DNA of 24,882 nt, from IMG/VR virus record IMGVR_UViG_3300020161_000746, positions 1 through 24,882 of that record. One strand, given 5' to 3'. A program made the position numbers and the translations under genes. The notes below the pieces were generated by a model. That model saw only the letters and a program-made list of their open reading frames with translations. It did not search any database and was not told where the DNA came from. This document shows, piece by piece, positions 9,418-17,266 of this stretch (its first letter is position 1; every line of letters starts with the position of its first letter). This stretch comes from a virus. Its lineage: Duplodnaviria > Caudoviricetes.

Positions 9418-10083
9418 CTAAGGAGCCACTGAGCATATTCCACTGCAAGTATTACTACTCCATGCTGGGTCGTAATCAAAGTCATATGGACCTATGTAAT
9501 AAGGAAGAATGAAGCTAGTTCCTAATAGACTTATCACTTTATAACCATACCCATCTGGTACTATATTTAATACGTAATTGTCTATTGTACTTAAGCTTGA
9601 TTCTGCTCTCATGATATAGCTACCTAAAACACTACAATCAATACAACTGTATCTATCTACACTATAATAGTAATAATTAGGAACTGTTGTAGTTGTAGTA
9701 GTTGTTGGTGAAGCAGTTGTAGTAGTTGTAGTTGTACTACTACTAGTTGTAGTTGTTGTACTGCTACTTGTAGTTGTTGTAGTGTTGTTTGCTACACAAG
9801 CGTTTACTAATGTACAAAAACTTACGTTTAATGAGGGATTGGTTAATATGGTTTGAAGGATTGTTTGAACTAAGGTTACAGGATCTAACTCCTGATCTAT
9901 TTTCTCAAGAACCAAATTTAGATTATCCCCTGTAACTACACCTGTGTTTGGCAGGTTTGGACCATTGTAACATATCAGATTTGTATTTATTGGATAACCA
10001 GCAAACCAACCATTGTTACACTTCTTTGGATAGACAGTATTAACTTGAACTGGATAGCATGGCGTACCTGGTAAACAAGCCAT
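9418..10083 (-). CDS. Putative fibre/decoration protein, Cys-rich with Thr/Ser linker
   Basis: 221 aa. The N domain shares YxGxx[LV]PxxG[VI]xTGDxL with 10103..11251. A 33-residue Thr/Ser tract precedes a small Tyr/Cys-rich C domain. Confidence 0.65.
   Translation of the reverse strand: MACLPGTPCYPVQVNTVYPKKCNNGWFAGYPINTNLICYNGPNLPNTGVVTGDNLNLVLEKIDQELDPVTLVQTILQTILTNPSLNVSFCTLVNACVANNTTTTTSSSTTTTTSSSTTTTTTTASPTTTTTTTVPNYYYYSVDRYSCIDCSVLGSYIMRAESSLSTIDNYVLNIVPDGYGYKVISLLGTSFILPYYIGPYDFDYDPAWSSNTCSGICSVAP
9685..9783 (-). repeat. Low-complexity Thr/Ser-encoding tract
   Basis: (tagttg)n-like repeats encoding TTTTTSSSTTTTTSSSTTTTTTTASPTTTTTTT. Confidence 0.9.
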
Positions 10084-10102
10084 TTATTGTAGATTTAATA
10101 GA

Positions 10103-11251
10103 TTAAGGAATGTACATTATGTAGTAACAAGCAAGTGTAGGTTGAATATTGCTGTGTGACTGATCACCAACATTTACAGCATTTGTCACTCCAACACCAA
10201 CATTTATTGATCCTACAGCTGTTTGACTTGTTCTACCTACAGTGGCATCTAGACCAGTTGTGTTAGCACGAAGTGCATATTCAGCATAAACACCTTCATT
10301 TGAAGTGCGTACAATTGGTGATGTAGCATTTGCAAGATTAGGTAGGTTCTCAGCAATATCTGCAGCAATGAAGTGCCTGTGTGTATCTGTTACAATTACA
10401 GCAGCTGTAGCTACGTGCGTGTGTGCAGGTATTTGAGCAGCTGAAAGGATGATTGTGTTAGCTCCATATATAGCATCTCCTACAGCATAGTTGGGATTAC
10501 CAGCTACAGCAGGATTTACAACAGAACTAAGTGCTCCACCAGGAACAAGTTGTATAGCTCCAACAGGAACACGTCCACGCTTGTCAGGAGTGCCATTTAA
10601 ACCATTACATAGATATAGTTTCTCCCAATCACCAAGACCAGCTCCTGTGGCATCAAAATAGCTCAGAGAGCCATAATACTCAACCACAGTGTACGGAATC
10701 ATTTTATTATACTGCTTAGAGGAACTAGGTATACTATCTAGATATGCTTGGATTAATGCATCTAGATCTGAAATCTTAACATAGTTTGTATCTACATCAA
10801 GGGCTAGTGCTGATAGTGCCAAATCTAAATCACACAGTTTTGTAATCACTGCTTGAAGAATAGCATGTGTACCAGAAGTTGAAGTTACACCATCAAGACA
10901 CTCTACAGTGTAATTAGCTTCTATAACATCGATCCTTCCATCAAGCACTACAATTTGAGTTTGTAAATCACATACAGACTTAATAAGCGCTGAAATATAA
11001 TCGTTAAGTGTAAACTCTCCACATGTAGGGAGATTAGCATTAACAATTTCACATATAATAGTTGGATCAACTATAGGTAGAATTCCTACACCATTTAAAG
11101 TGGATGTAAGAAATTGTATAAGTGATTGTTCAATATAAGACAAAGAATCCCCTGTTTGTATTCCCAACACTGGAACATCAATTCCTGTATATCTCACACA
11201 TTTATCTGAAACTATCTCAGCACATCCGTTATAACAATTTGAACAAGACAT
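10103..11251 (-). CDS. Tail fibre protein with phage tail-collar domain
   Basis: Collar-type motif LCNGLNGTPDKRGRVPVG, HxH motifs (PAHTH, THRH) and terminal HSNIQPTLACYYIM typical of short-fibre tips. Coiled-coil segments in the N half. Confidence 0.8.
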   Translation of the reverse strand: MSCSNCYNGCAEIVSDKCVRYTGIDVPVLGIQTGDSLSYIEQSLIQFLTSTLNGVGILPIVDPTIICEIVNANLPTCGEFTLNDYISALIKSVCDLQTQIVVLDGRIDVIEANYTVECLDGVTSTSGTHAILQAVITKLCDLDLALSALALDVDTNYVKISDLDALIQAYLDSIPSSSKQYNKMIPYTVVEYYGSLSYFDATGAGLGDWEKLYLCNGLNGTPDKRGRVPVGAIQLVPGGALSSVVNPAVAGNPNYAVGDAIYGANTIILSAAQIPAHTHVATAAVIVTDTHRHFIAADIAENLPNLANATSPIVRTSNEGVYAEYALRANTTGLDATVGRTSQTAVGSINVGVGVTNAVNVGDQSHSNIQPTLACYYIMYIP

Positions 11252-11260
11252 GTTTTTATT

Positions 11261-11527
11261 TTATTTATGAATTAATATTTTAACTCTACTTGCTATTTGC
11301 TCTACAGTGAATGGTGCTCCATAATCCAGATTACAATACTTGAATCTTAAAATCCTTCTGTAGTTAAGAAGGTCATCAATAACAGGTCCATTTGTAGCGT
11401 AGTTTAAAGAGAACACAATATTATTGTATTCTTTGTTTGCCACCTCTGTAAGTTTGCAATCGATGTCTGCCATCAGAGCTGGAATAGTTGTACAACTAAT
11501 ACAATCTGTAAGTCTTGGATATAACAT
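11261..11527 (-). CDS. Small structural protein (possible tail hub/fibre-docking subunit)
   Basis: 88 aa in the operon immediately upstream of the fibre genes. Function inferred from position only. Confidence 0.55.
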   Translation of the reverse strand: MLYPRLTDCISCTTIPALMADIDCKLTEVANKEYNNIVFSLNYATNGPVIDDLLNYRRILRFKYCNLDYGAPFTVEQIASRVKILIHK

Positions 11528-11639
11528 CTTTTATTCTTTTAGTTGCTTGTTTAAGTGCAGCATTACATCCTGCACACAATCCATTAATTAACTGACAACC
11601 GCAGCCAACTTTAGTACCACAATTTCTACAACTTGCCAT
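11496..11639 (-). CDS. 47-aa Cys-rich microprotein (absent from the ORF track)
   Basis: MASCRNCGTKVGCGCQLINGLCAGCNAALKQATKRIKDVISKTYRLY*. The ATG is 1 nt after the TGA of 11641..12207 and the ORF fills the gap to the next gene. Pattern CxxC-x5-CxC-x6-CxxC. Confidence 0.75.
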   Translation of the reverse strand: MASCRNCGTKVGCGCQLINGLCAGCNAALKQATKRIKDVISKTYRLY

Positions 11640-11640
11640 A

Positions 11641-12207
11641 TCAATACATATTATTATTTACATAATTATTACCATAACAGTTACAATTACCTCTAATAAA
11701 GTTATTTAACATTCTATTTGCTTGATTGTAAAGTTTGTTTGCTGTAGCTACAGCACAGTTATTTGCTGCAGCTATTGCTCCTTGTATAAAATAATAAATA
11801 CTGTTCAACTCCACTTTCTGTTGTCTCTTTATAGCCAAATCACATTCCATCATGTCAAGCTTCATAAACGCACTATCGAACTTCTCTTGAAGTTGATCAA
11901 CGCGTATTATTGTCTTCTGAACATAATTTACATATGCAGGAGCTACTGAATACTTAATATAATAAACTCCATCAGGAAGAGGTAGCAGAGGAGCACCCAC
12001 TGCTGTTAATCCTAATGATGTAGAATTGTATATATTAAAGTCATTTATATTGAAAGGAAGACTCACTAGACCAAATCCAGGAACATCTATTTCAATAGTA
12101 GGAGATTGTACAGCAGGACTAACTGGATATATTGAATTATCAGCAATACCCAAGGTCTCTAGATTATATGTAGGAATAACTAATATATCTAATTTGAGAT
12201 CTGCCAT
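11641..12207 (-). CDS. Structural protein (possible tail hub subunit)
   Basis: 188 aa with a beta-rich N part (LPDGVYYIKYSV) and a helical C part. It follows the auxiliary capsid gene, as in crAss-like synteny. Confidence 0.55.
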   Translation of the reverse strand: MADLKLDILVIPTYNLETLGIADNSIYPVSPAVQSPTIEIDVPGFGLVSLPFNINDFNIYNSTSLGLTAVGAPLLPLPDGVYYIKYSVAPAYVNYVQKTIIRVDQLQEKFDSAFMKLDMMECDLAIKRQQKVELNSIYYFIQGAIAAANNCAVATANKLYNQANRMLNNFIRGNCNCYGNNYVNNNMY

Positions 12208-12212
12208 ATTCT

Positions 12213-12265
12213 TTTAAATAAATAAGCCAGAGGATTTGAGATTGAATCCTCTCACCTCTGGCTTA
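12213..12265 (-). terminator. Probable (leaky) intrinsic terminator after the auxiliary capsid gene
   Basis: 11-bp stem TAAGCCAGAGG...CCTCTGGCTTA followed by TTTATTT, ending just before the next ATG. Confidence 0.7.
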
Positions 12266-12298
12266 GGTTATATGATATTGTTTCTTTCTACAGCCCTA

Positions 12299-13453
12299 TT
12301 AAGGAATAAGAGTGCTAGTAGTGGTTGTAGTAGAAGGAGCAGCAGTTGATGTAGTGGTTGTAGTGCTTACACAAGCATTATCAAACTCAATAACACCAAG
12401 AGCATCTTCAAGAATTGCATCAACAGATGTAGCAGCACCGCTTCCCTGAGGAACAGCAATGATTACCATAGCATCTTCTTTGATGTAATCACCCCAGCTG
12501 TATGCAGACTTGCTATACTCATTAAACTTAACATAGTAAGTGTCATAAGTTGTACCGTCACTAACCCAGCTTTCGAAGTTCTCATTGTAACCATTCATCC
12601 TATAGAGATGCTTCAGGTAACCAGCTTGGTAGCTGTAGTAGTTCTTTTCCAATTGAGCAATCTCATCAGAAGTACCTGAAGGGTAAGATGCACGTTGTAC
12701 AACTTGAGCTTCAGCAACAATGTTACAAGCATCTGCTACGATAAAGTCAGCAGTGGTAGCAGGACCAGAATAAACAAAAGTACGGAAGTACATTCTGTCA
12801 TATTCCCAAGGGAACGCAGCGACATCACAAGGCTGACCATACTTGGTAAGAGGCTTACCAGAGATACGAAGGATAGTTCCACCTACATTTTCAAAAGTGT
12901 AGAAGTCATTGAAGCTAATGTTATCTGGGTTGTTACCTGGAGCTTGCTGACGCAATTTTACAATGAATTGATTAATCAATGCATTAACATCAGTGTTCTC
13001 ACAAGGATCACCACCACAGTCACAACAAGGAGCTTGTACAGTTACTGAACGTGTGAAACCATTGAAATACAGGGTGTCAAGGTAAGAAGAGTGAGCACGA
13101 AGTGTAAGGGTAACAACGTCACCACATTTTACATTCCAGCCATCAACATCTGTAATTTGAACAGCAGGGGTTGGACAACCAGCCACTTTGTACCATTCAG
13201 TTACATTTGATTTACAAGCTGCGCTTTCTCCACAACCAGCGATCTTATCAGAACGCTTAGAACCTTGGAGATAAGTGTTTACTCGACCTTGAGCAACATA
13301 GAAATAAGGAGAGGTGCTAGGGGTGGTGGTTGCTTGATAATCTTTATCAAAGAAACCAACTTGTCCAGCAACCAAGTCTTGCGTAGAACCACTACTGGCT
13401 ATTGATGTGCCAACAGGAACTACGAAGACGGTAGTTAGAGAAAAATCTGCCAT
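12299..13453 (-). CDS. Auxiliary capsid / head decoration protein with Thr-rich tail
   Basis: 384 aa. Position after the post-MCP and ring genes matches crAss-like auxiliary capsid genes. Codon bias resembles the MCP, it has a CCDCGGDPC cluster, and a terminator follows, as expected for a high-copy protein. Confidence 0.6.
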   Translation of the reverse strand: MADFSLTTVFVVPVGTSIASSGSTQDLVAGQVGFFDKDYQATTTPSTSPYFYVAQGRVNTYLQGSKRSDKIAGCGESAACKSNVTEWYKVAGCPTPAVQITDVDGWNVKCGDVVTLTLRAHSSYLDTLYFNGFTRSVTVQAPCCDCGGDPCENTDVNALINQFIVKLRQQAPGNNPDNISFNDFYTFENVGGTILRISGKPLTKYGQPCDVAAFPWEYDRMYFRTFVYSGPATTADFIVADACNIVAEAQVVQRASYPSGTSDEIAQLEKNYYSYQAGYLKHLYRMNGYNENFESWVSDGTTYDTYYVKFNEYSKSAYSWGDYIKEDAMVIIAVPQGSGAATSVDAILEDALGVIEFDNACVSTTTTTSTAAPSTTTTTSTLIP

Positions 13454-13482
13454 TGTTATTTATTTAAATAATGAAAAAAAAC

Positions 13483-14214
13483 TTATTCATTTGTCTGTAT
13501 CCTATAAACTGAGCTTTGGACAGCAGACTGGTTTTCGGTGTACATTGCTAGGTTTTGAACTGTTAGGTCTAGAAGTTCATCTTCTAGATATGTTTCAAGT
13601 TCACAATTTTGATCATATGATGGTAAACCATCTAACATTATATATCCCTCTTTATTAATATACTGAGGATATCTCATGTACGATACGTAAATTTTTGTGG
13701 GGGTAAATGTACCATCTGTAAAGATTGATATCTCATCAGATGATATAAAGTTAAAAGTTTCTTGGTATTCAAAAGAAGGTTTGTAATGATCGTTGTTTAA
13801 AAGAAGTGACAAGTCACCATGTTTTGCAAGATCTTTGTTTATCCAAATCTTTCTATCTTTACATTTACCTTTGTCAGCCATTACATAACTATCAATGTAG
13901 AACATGTATTTAGGATCTAACTCATGCAAGTATGCAAACCACTGATTTAGTTGTATATTTTTTAAAGTTAACGTCAGGGGTTGGTGGGCATAATTCACCA
14001 CCAAACTCTGAAGATCTTCATATCTTTTCTTAAAAGAATCAAGACCTAAACCTGAGACAACTGATATACCATCAACCTTCTGTTTAATTAACTTGATTTG
14101 AGCCTCGTTGAGAGCTAGTATTTTATCTTCAAGTGCAATTTGCTGATGTTCGTTAGTTGATAGTTTATTTAGTTTCTGATCTATTTTATATAATAAACTA
14201 TCTACTGGTATCAT
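13483..14214 (-). CDS. Conserved crAss-like structural protein, probable tail ring protein
   Basis: 243 aa, second conserved gene after the MCP. Motifs LNEAQ, YMRYP and CELETYLEDELLDLTV resemble ring/adaptor proteins. ATGA overlap with the upstream gene. Confidence 0.6.
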   Translation of the reverse strand: MIPVDSLLYKIDQKLNKLSTNEHQQIALEDKILALNEAQIKLIKQKVDGISVVSGLGLDSFKKRYEDLQSLVVNYAHQPLTLTLKNIQLNQWFAYLHELDPKYMFYIDSYVMADKGKCKDRKIWINKDLAKHGDLSLLLNNDHYKPSFEYQETFNFISSDEISIFTDGTFTPTKIYVSYMRYPQYINKEGYIMLDGLPSYDQNCELETYLEDELLDLTVQNLAMYTENQSAVQSSVYRIQTNE

Positions 14215-15179
14215 ACAGCTGCGAGTTTTTTACTTTTTAATTTTTGTTCTAGGGTAAGTAGTTGATCTTGGTTATCATCATCAGCAAGGAATTTAACTAA
14301 ATCTTCCTCATCAATTGCAATTTCAAATTCTCCTTCATAAACTCTACCATTAGGTTTAAGTCTATAAATAGAATGAAGTAGTGATTGTTTAACAAGATCT
14401 TTAATATGGAGCAAGTTTTCCTTCATATCAGCAAATCTAGTGAAAACTTCCACTGGATTTAATCCTTGATATTTACCATTCTTGAATTCTGTTTGTTTAA
14501 GAACATTATCAACTTGGTTATACACTGATTCTTCTTTGGTATCTTCTGTTACAGGAAGACCTAACAAACGAGCAACCTTTCTCTTCTTCTCAGGAGTCAT
14601 TGAATCAAACTTAACAATAGCCTTGTTGATCAATTGTTTCTTCTTAAAGATTACAGCATTTTCAATCTCATCATCAGCAACATAGAACTGAATGTCAGCA
14701 GGATATTCACCACGCTCCCAAGCTTGATATGAGCTTGCAATTGTTGGATGAACTCTAAGCCATGCAAACGTTAGTTCCTGAAAAGGAATCTTAAAGTCGA
14801 AGTAGTTATCTCCATCTATAAGCTTTACAGGCTGCACATGCATTGAATCATTCGTAGAAGTTGAAAGACCATAATTCCAGAAAGATGATCTAGATCCTAA
14901 ATCAACTCCTCCAAGAGAATCTTGTAATTTCTCACGAAGAGCTGTAACTCTTTCAATTTCCAATTCTCTTTCTGTACTATCACCTATCCTGCGTATGTAT
15001 GCAGCATTAGCATCAAGTCCTGTTCTGTACTGACCATCAAGTTCCTTGTAAGGATACTTAAACACTCCTGTACCAGGAATCCTTGTCATACCTTTTTGTG
15101 CAAGACCGCCTTGCATTGTCTGAATCTGAGAATTGTTATAGTCTTTCTTAATTGTAGAGACTTTTCCTATCTTTGCCAT
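14211..15179 (-). CDS. Conserved crAss-like protein downstream of MCP (function unknown)
   Basis: 322-aa ORF at the position of the conserved gene following the MCP in the crAss-like capsid block. Confidence 0.6.
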   Translation of the reverse strand: MAKIGKVSTIKKDYNNSQIQTMQGGLAQKGMTRIPGTGVFKYPYKELDGQYRTGLDANAAYIRRIGDSTERELEIERVTALREKLQDSLGGVDLGSRSSFWNYGLSTSTNDSMHVQPVKLIDGDNYFDFKIPFQELTFAWLRVHPTIASSYQAWERGEYPADIQFYVADDEIENAVIFKKKQLINKAIVKFDSMTPEKKRKVARLLGLPVTEDTKEESVYNQVDNVLKQTEFKNGKYQGLNPVEVFTRFADMKENLLHIKDLVKQSLLHSIYRLKPNGRVYEGEFEIAIDEEDLVKFLADDDNQDQLLTLEQKLKSKKLAAV

Positions 15180-15186
15180 AATGTAA

Positions 15187-15504
15187 TTATTGTATTTGGT
15201 TTTTGTTTAAATTATTTCTTCTTTCGTGTGTAACTATTCTGTGGCAATTGCAACATCTTATTTCACATTTATCAATTTCATCTTTTAGAAGTTCTAATCT
15301 GTAAGCTTTTGTTATCATATAAGAAACATGATATAATTTAATTCCTTTTACATGATCAAACTCTAAAACTCTAACATCTGAATTTCCACAATCTACACAT
15401 GATTTGTTTTCTAAATAATCCCTCACATACAACTTGTTTCTTAGAATAGATTTATCTCTACTCTTTTTTTGGATCGTATAGGTATTCCACTTTTCCTTAC
15501 CCAT
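15187..15504 (-). CDS. Free-standing zinc-binding HNH endonuclease
   Basis: CVDCG...LEFDHV...KCEIRCCNCHR motif set. The gene is visibly more AT-rich than the flanking MCP gene. Confidence 0.85.
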   Translation of the reverse strand: MGKEKWNTYTIQKKSRDKSILRNKLYVRDYLENKSCVDCGNSDVRVLEFDHVKGIKLYHVSYMITKAYRLELLKDEIDKCEIRCCNCHRIVTHERRNNLNKNQIQ

Positions 15505-15509
15505 ATGTA

Positions 15510-15677
15510 GTTTTTTAACTTGGTTTTAAGTTGCAGAGTGCTTCCACTGAAGGAGTAGCGATTGGGAGACACCCCAATCCAACACTCTGTAGTTTGAGAA
15601 GAGCTCCCCCACGGGGATGTGGGGGGCAATCTCTTCTCGGTATAGGGTCTAGGAATACTGTTCCTAGAGTGGGATCC
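15510..15677 (-). ncRNA. Putative structured RNA element in the MCP 3' region
   Basis: Three consecutive GC-rich structures: TCTAGGAA/TTCCTAGA; GAGAAGAG..CCCCCAC/GTGGGGG..CTCTTCTC; and CAGAGTG/CACTCTG enclosing GATTGGG/CCCAATC and CTTC/GAAG hairpins. Confidence 0.5.
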
Positions 15678-17231
15678 TTAGAATTGTGGGATCTCCTCAA
15701 TCAAAACTGTACGAGAAAGGTCCTCGATGAATACATCGCAACGGTCTTTCATCCAGATTTCATAACCAGGGAACTTGTTAGCACTTGACATTCCTTGAGA
15801 CTTAGCAAAGCCCAGGTGATGACGGGTACCATCGATATATCCCCAAGTCATTGAAGGTGCACCCTTCATCCTTACTTCACGAATGTTGTTGATCATTGAA
15901 CCATCGCTCATTGGAGATACATCAAACACCATGAATACAGGAGTAGATTTCTTATTCTGACCGAATTCAAGGTTAGATTGTGGAAGATCCAACTCTTTCA
16001 AGTGAATCAACTCAACACGACCAGTCTCACGAGTAACCATTGCATCGAATGCAAAGTTATAAGTGATGTGCTGACCTTCGCCTTGCATGTAACGATTTCC
16101 AGAATCAGCCATGAAGGTAAGACCACTGTTCAAAGCGTCTGTCTTCAAAGCTTGTTGGAATACGTCAAATCCAGCTTCATTTGTATACATTTTAACCCTA
16201 CGGTCTTTCACATCAACCCTTCTGTAGAACAGATCTCCGAAAACTGAACGGATAAGGTTTGCAGTGAATTCACCACGGTTATATTGAACCAAGTTACCAT
16301 TGTTACGCATCCTGTGGTAAACACCAGCAGAGGTACGCTTCAATTCTTGCTTAGAACCATTTGTTTTAACAGTTCCAGGCTTGCTCCAAATCATACGCTT
16401 AACTTTCAATTCAAGCATAGACTTACGCATCCAGAACTCAATGAATGGTTCCCATTTAACATCGTTCCTAGTCAAAGGAAGTTGGTTACGCCTTTGTGGA
16501 GCATATACCAAGATGTCCAAAGGTTTGCCAGAAGCATCAACCATCATTTTGTCATCAGCCCACTCAGTGATTTTGTGCTCATAACCATATGCAGAACCCA
16601 GAGATTCAAACATTGTGATTTGCTCACCCAAACGAGGAAGACCCAAAAGATCTTGATCAAATTCACCAATTGCAGCATCTACCAACTCAAGTTCGATACC
16701 ATACTGAAGGAACGTAGAAGATACGAAATCAACTGTAGGGTTATCACTAACAAGAGTGAAATAGTAAAGATATCCCATGTTCCAAGGAACTGGATCTTTG
16801 ATAACGTAGAAACGAGGACCATATTGACGAGAACCTACAGAAATGATTGCATTCTTAGAGAATTCGTTAGTGTCCAAGATGAGAGAGAACTCTTGACCAT
16901 CGATACCAGGCTTATCCAAAGCTGCTGTAGAAGATGGAACATCGATGATTTTAGGAAACTTGTAAGGAACCTGAACTTGCCACTTCCATGCATCGCTGTT
17001 ATTGTCGATGTAATAAGGAGTGGACTTGTTGATCATGTCCAAAAAGTCATTGCTGTAAAGAGAGCTCTGTGTGTAGAGACTGATGATTTTCTTATCATAG
17101 TCTGCAGGCTCTGTGCTGTGGAAGCTTTCTAGGTGGTTGGCGTCTGTAAGCTTACCTACAGCACGTTTGTCCATTGAAGCCACACGAGCATACGTAAATC
17201 CAGTTAAACCTGGGATTGTTTGAATTGCCAT
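15678..17231 (-). CDS. Major capsid protein (HK97 fold, crAss-like)
   Basis: 517 aa with strong codon bias. It follows the portal and the acidic scaffold-like gene, and size and position match crAss-like MCPs. Confidence 0.85.
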   Translation of the reverse strand: MAIQTIPGLTGFTYARVASMDKRAVGKLTDANHLESFHSTEPADYDKKIISLYTQSSLYSNDFLDMINKSTPYYIDNNSDAWKWQVQVPYKFPKIIDVPSSTAALDKPGIDGQEFSLILDTNEFSKNAIISVGSRQYGPRFYVIKDPVPWNMGYLYYFTLVSDNPTVDFVSSTFLQYGIELELVDAAIGEFDQDLLGLPRLGEQITMFESLGSAYGYEHKITEWADDKMMVDASGKPLDILVYAPQRRNQLPLTRNDVKWEPFIEFWMRKSMLELKVKRMIWSKPGTVKTNGSKQELKRTSAGVYHRMRNNGNLVQYNRGEFTANLIRSVFGDLFYRRVDVKDRRVKMYTNEAGFDVFQQALKTDALNSGLTFMADSGNRYMQGEGQHITYNFAFDAMVTRETGRVELIHLKELDLPQSNLEFGQNKKSTPVFMVFDVSPMSDGSMINNIREVRMKGAPSMTWGYIDGTRHHLGFAKSQGMSSANKFPGYEIWMKDRCDVFIEDLSRTVLIEEIPQF

Positions 17232-17266
17232 TTGTGTTACCTTTTTAAGTTAATGTTTATAAAAAA

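Noticed and set aside
9685-9783. CRISPR array or DGR template/variable repeat
   Set aside because: The repeats are in-frame low-complexity codon runs without spacers. No reverse transcriptase or adenine-specific repeat pair is visible in the window.
15187-15677. Group I intron carrying the HNH
   Set aside because: The element lies between two complete genes, no P7/catalytic core is recognisable, and no structured sequence follows the HNH.
15441-15788. Short ORFs over the structured region, including a frame that stays open after the MCP stop (possible read-through extension)
   Set aside because: The stop is TAA, the peptides look non-protein-like, and local GC richness from the stems explains the lack of stops. 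Not formally excluded without proteomics.
16284-17132. 282-aa plus-strand ORF antisense to the MCP
   Set aside because: It lies wholly antisense to a strongly codon-biased gene, which commonly leaves an open antisense frame. No recognisable motifs or expression signals.
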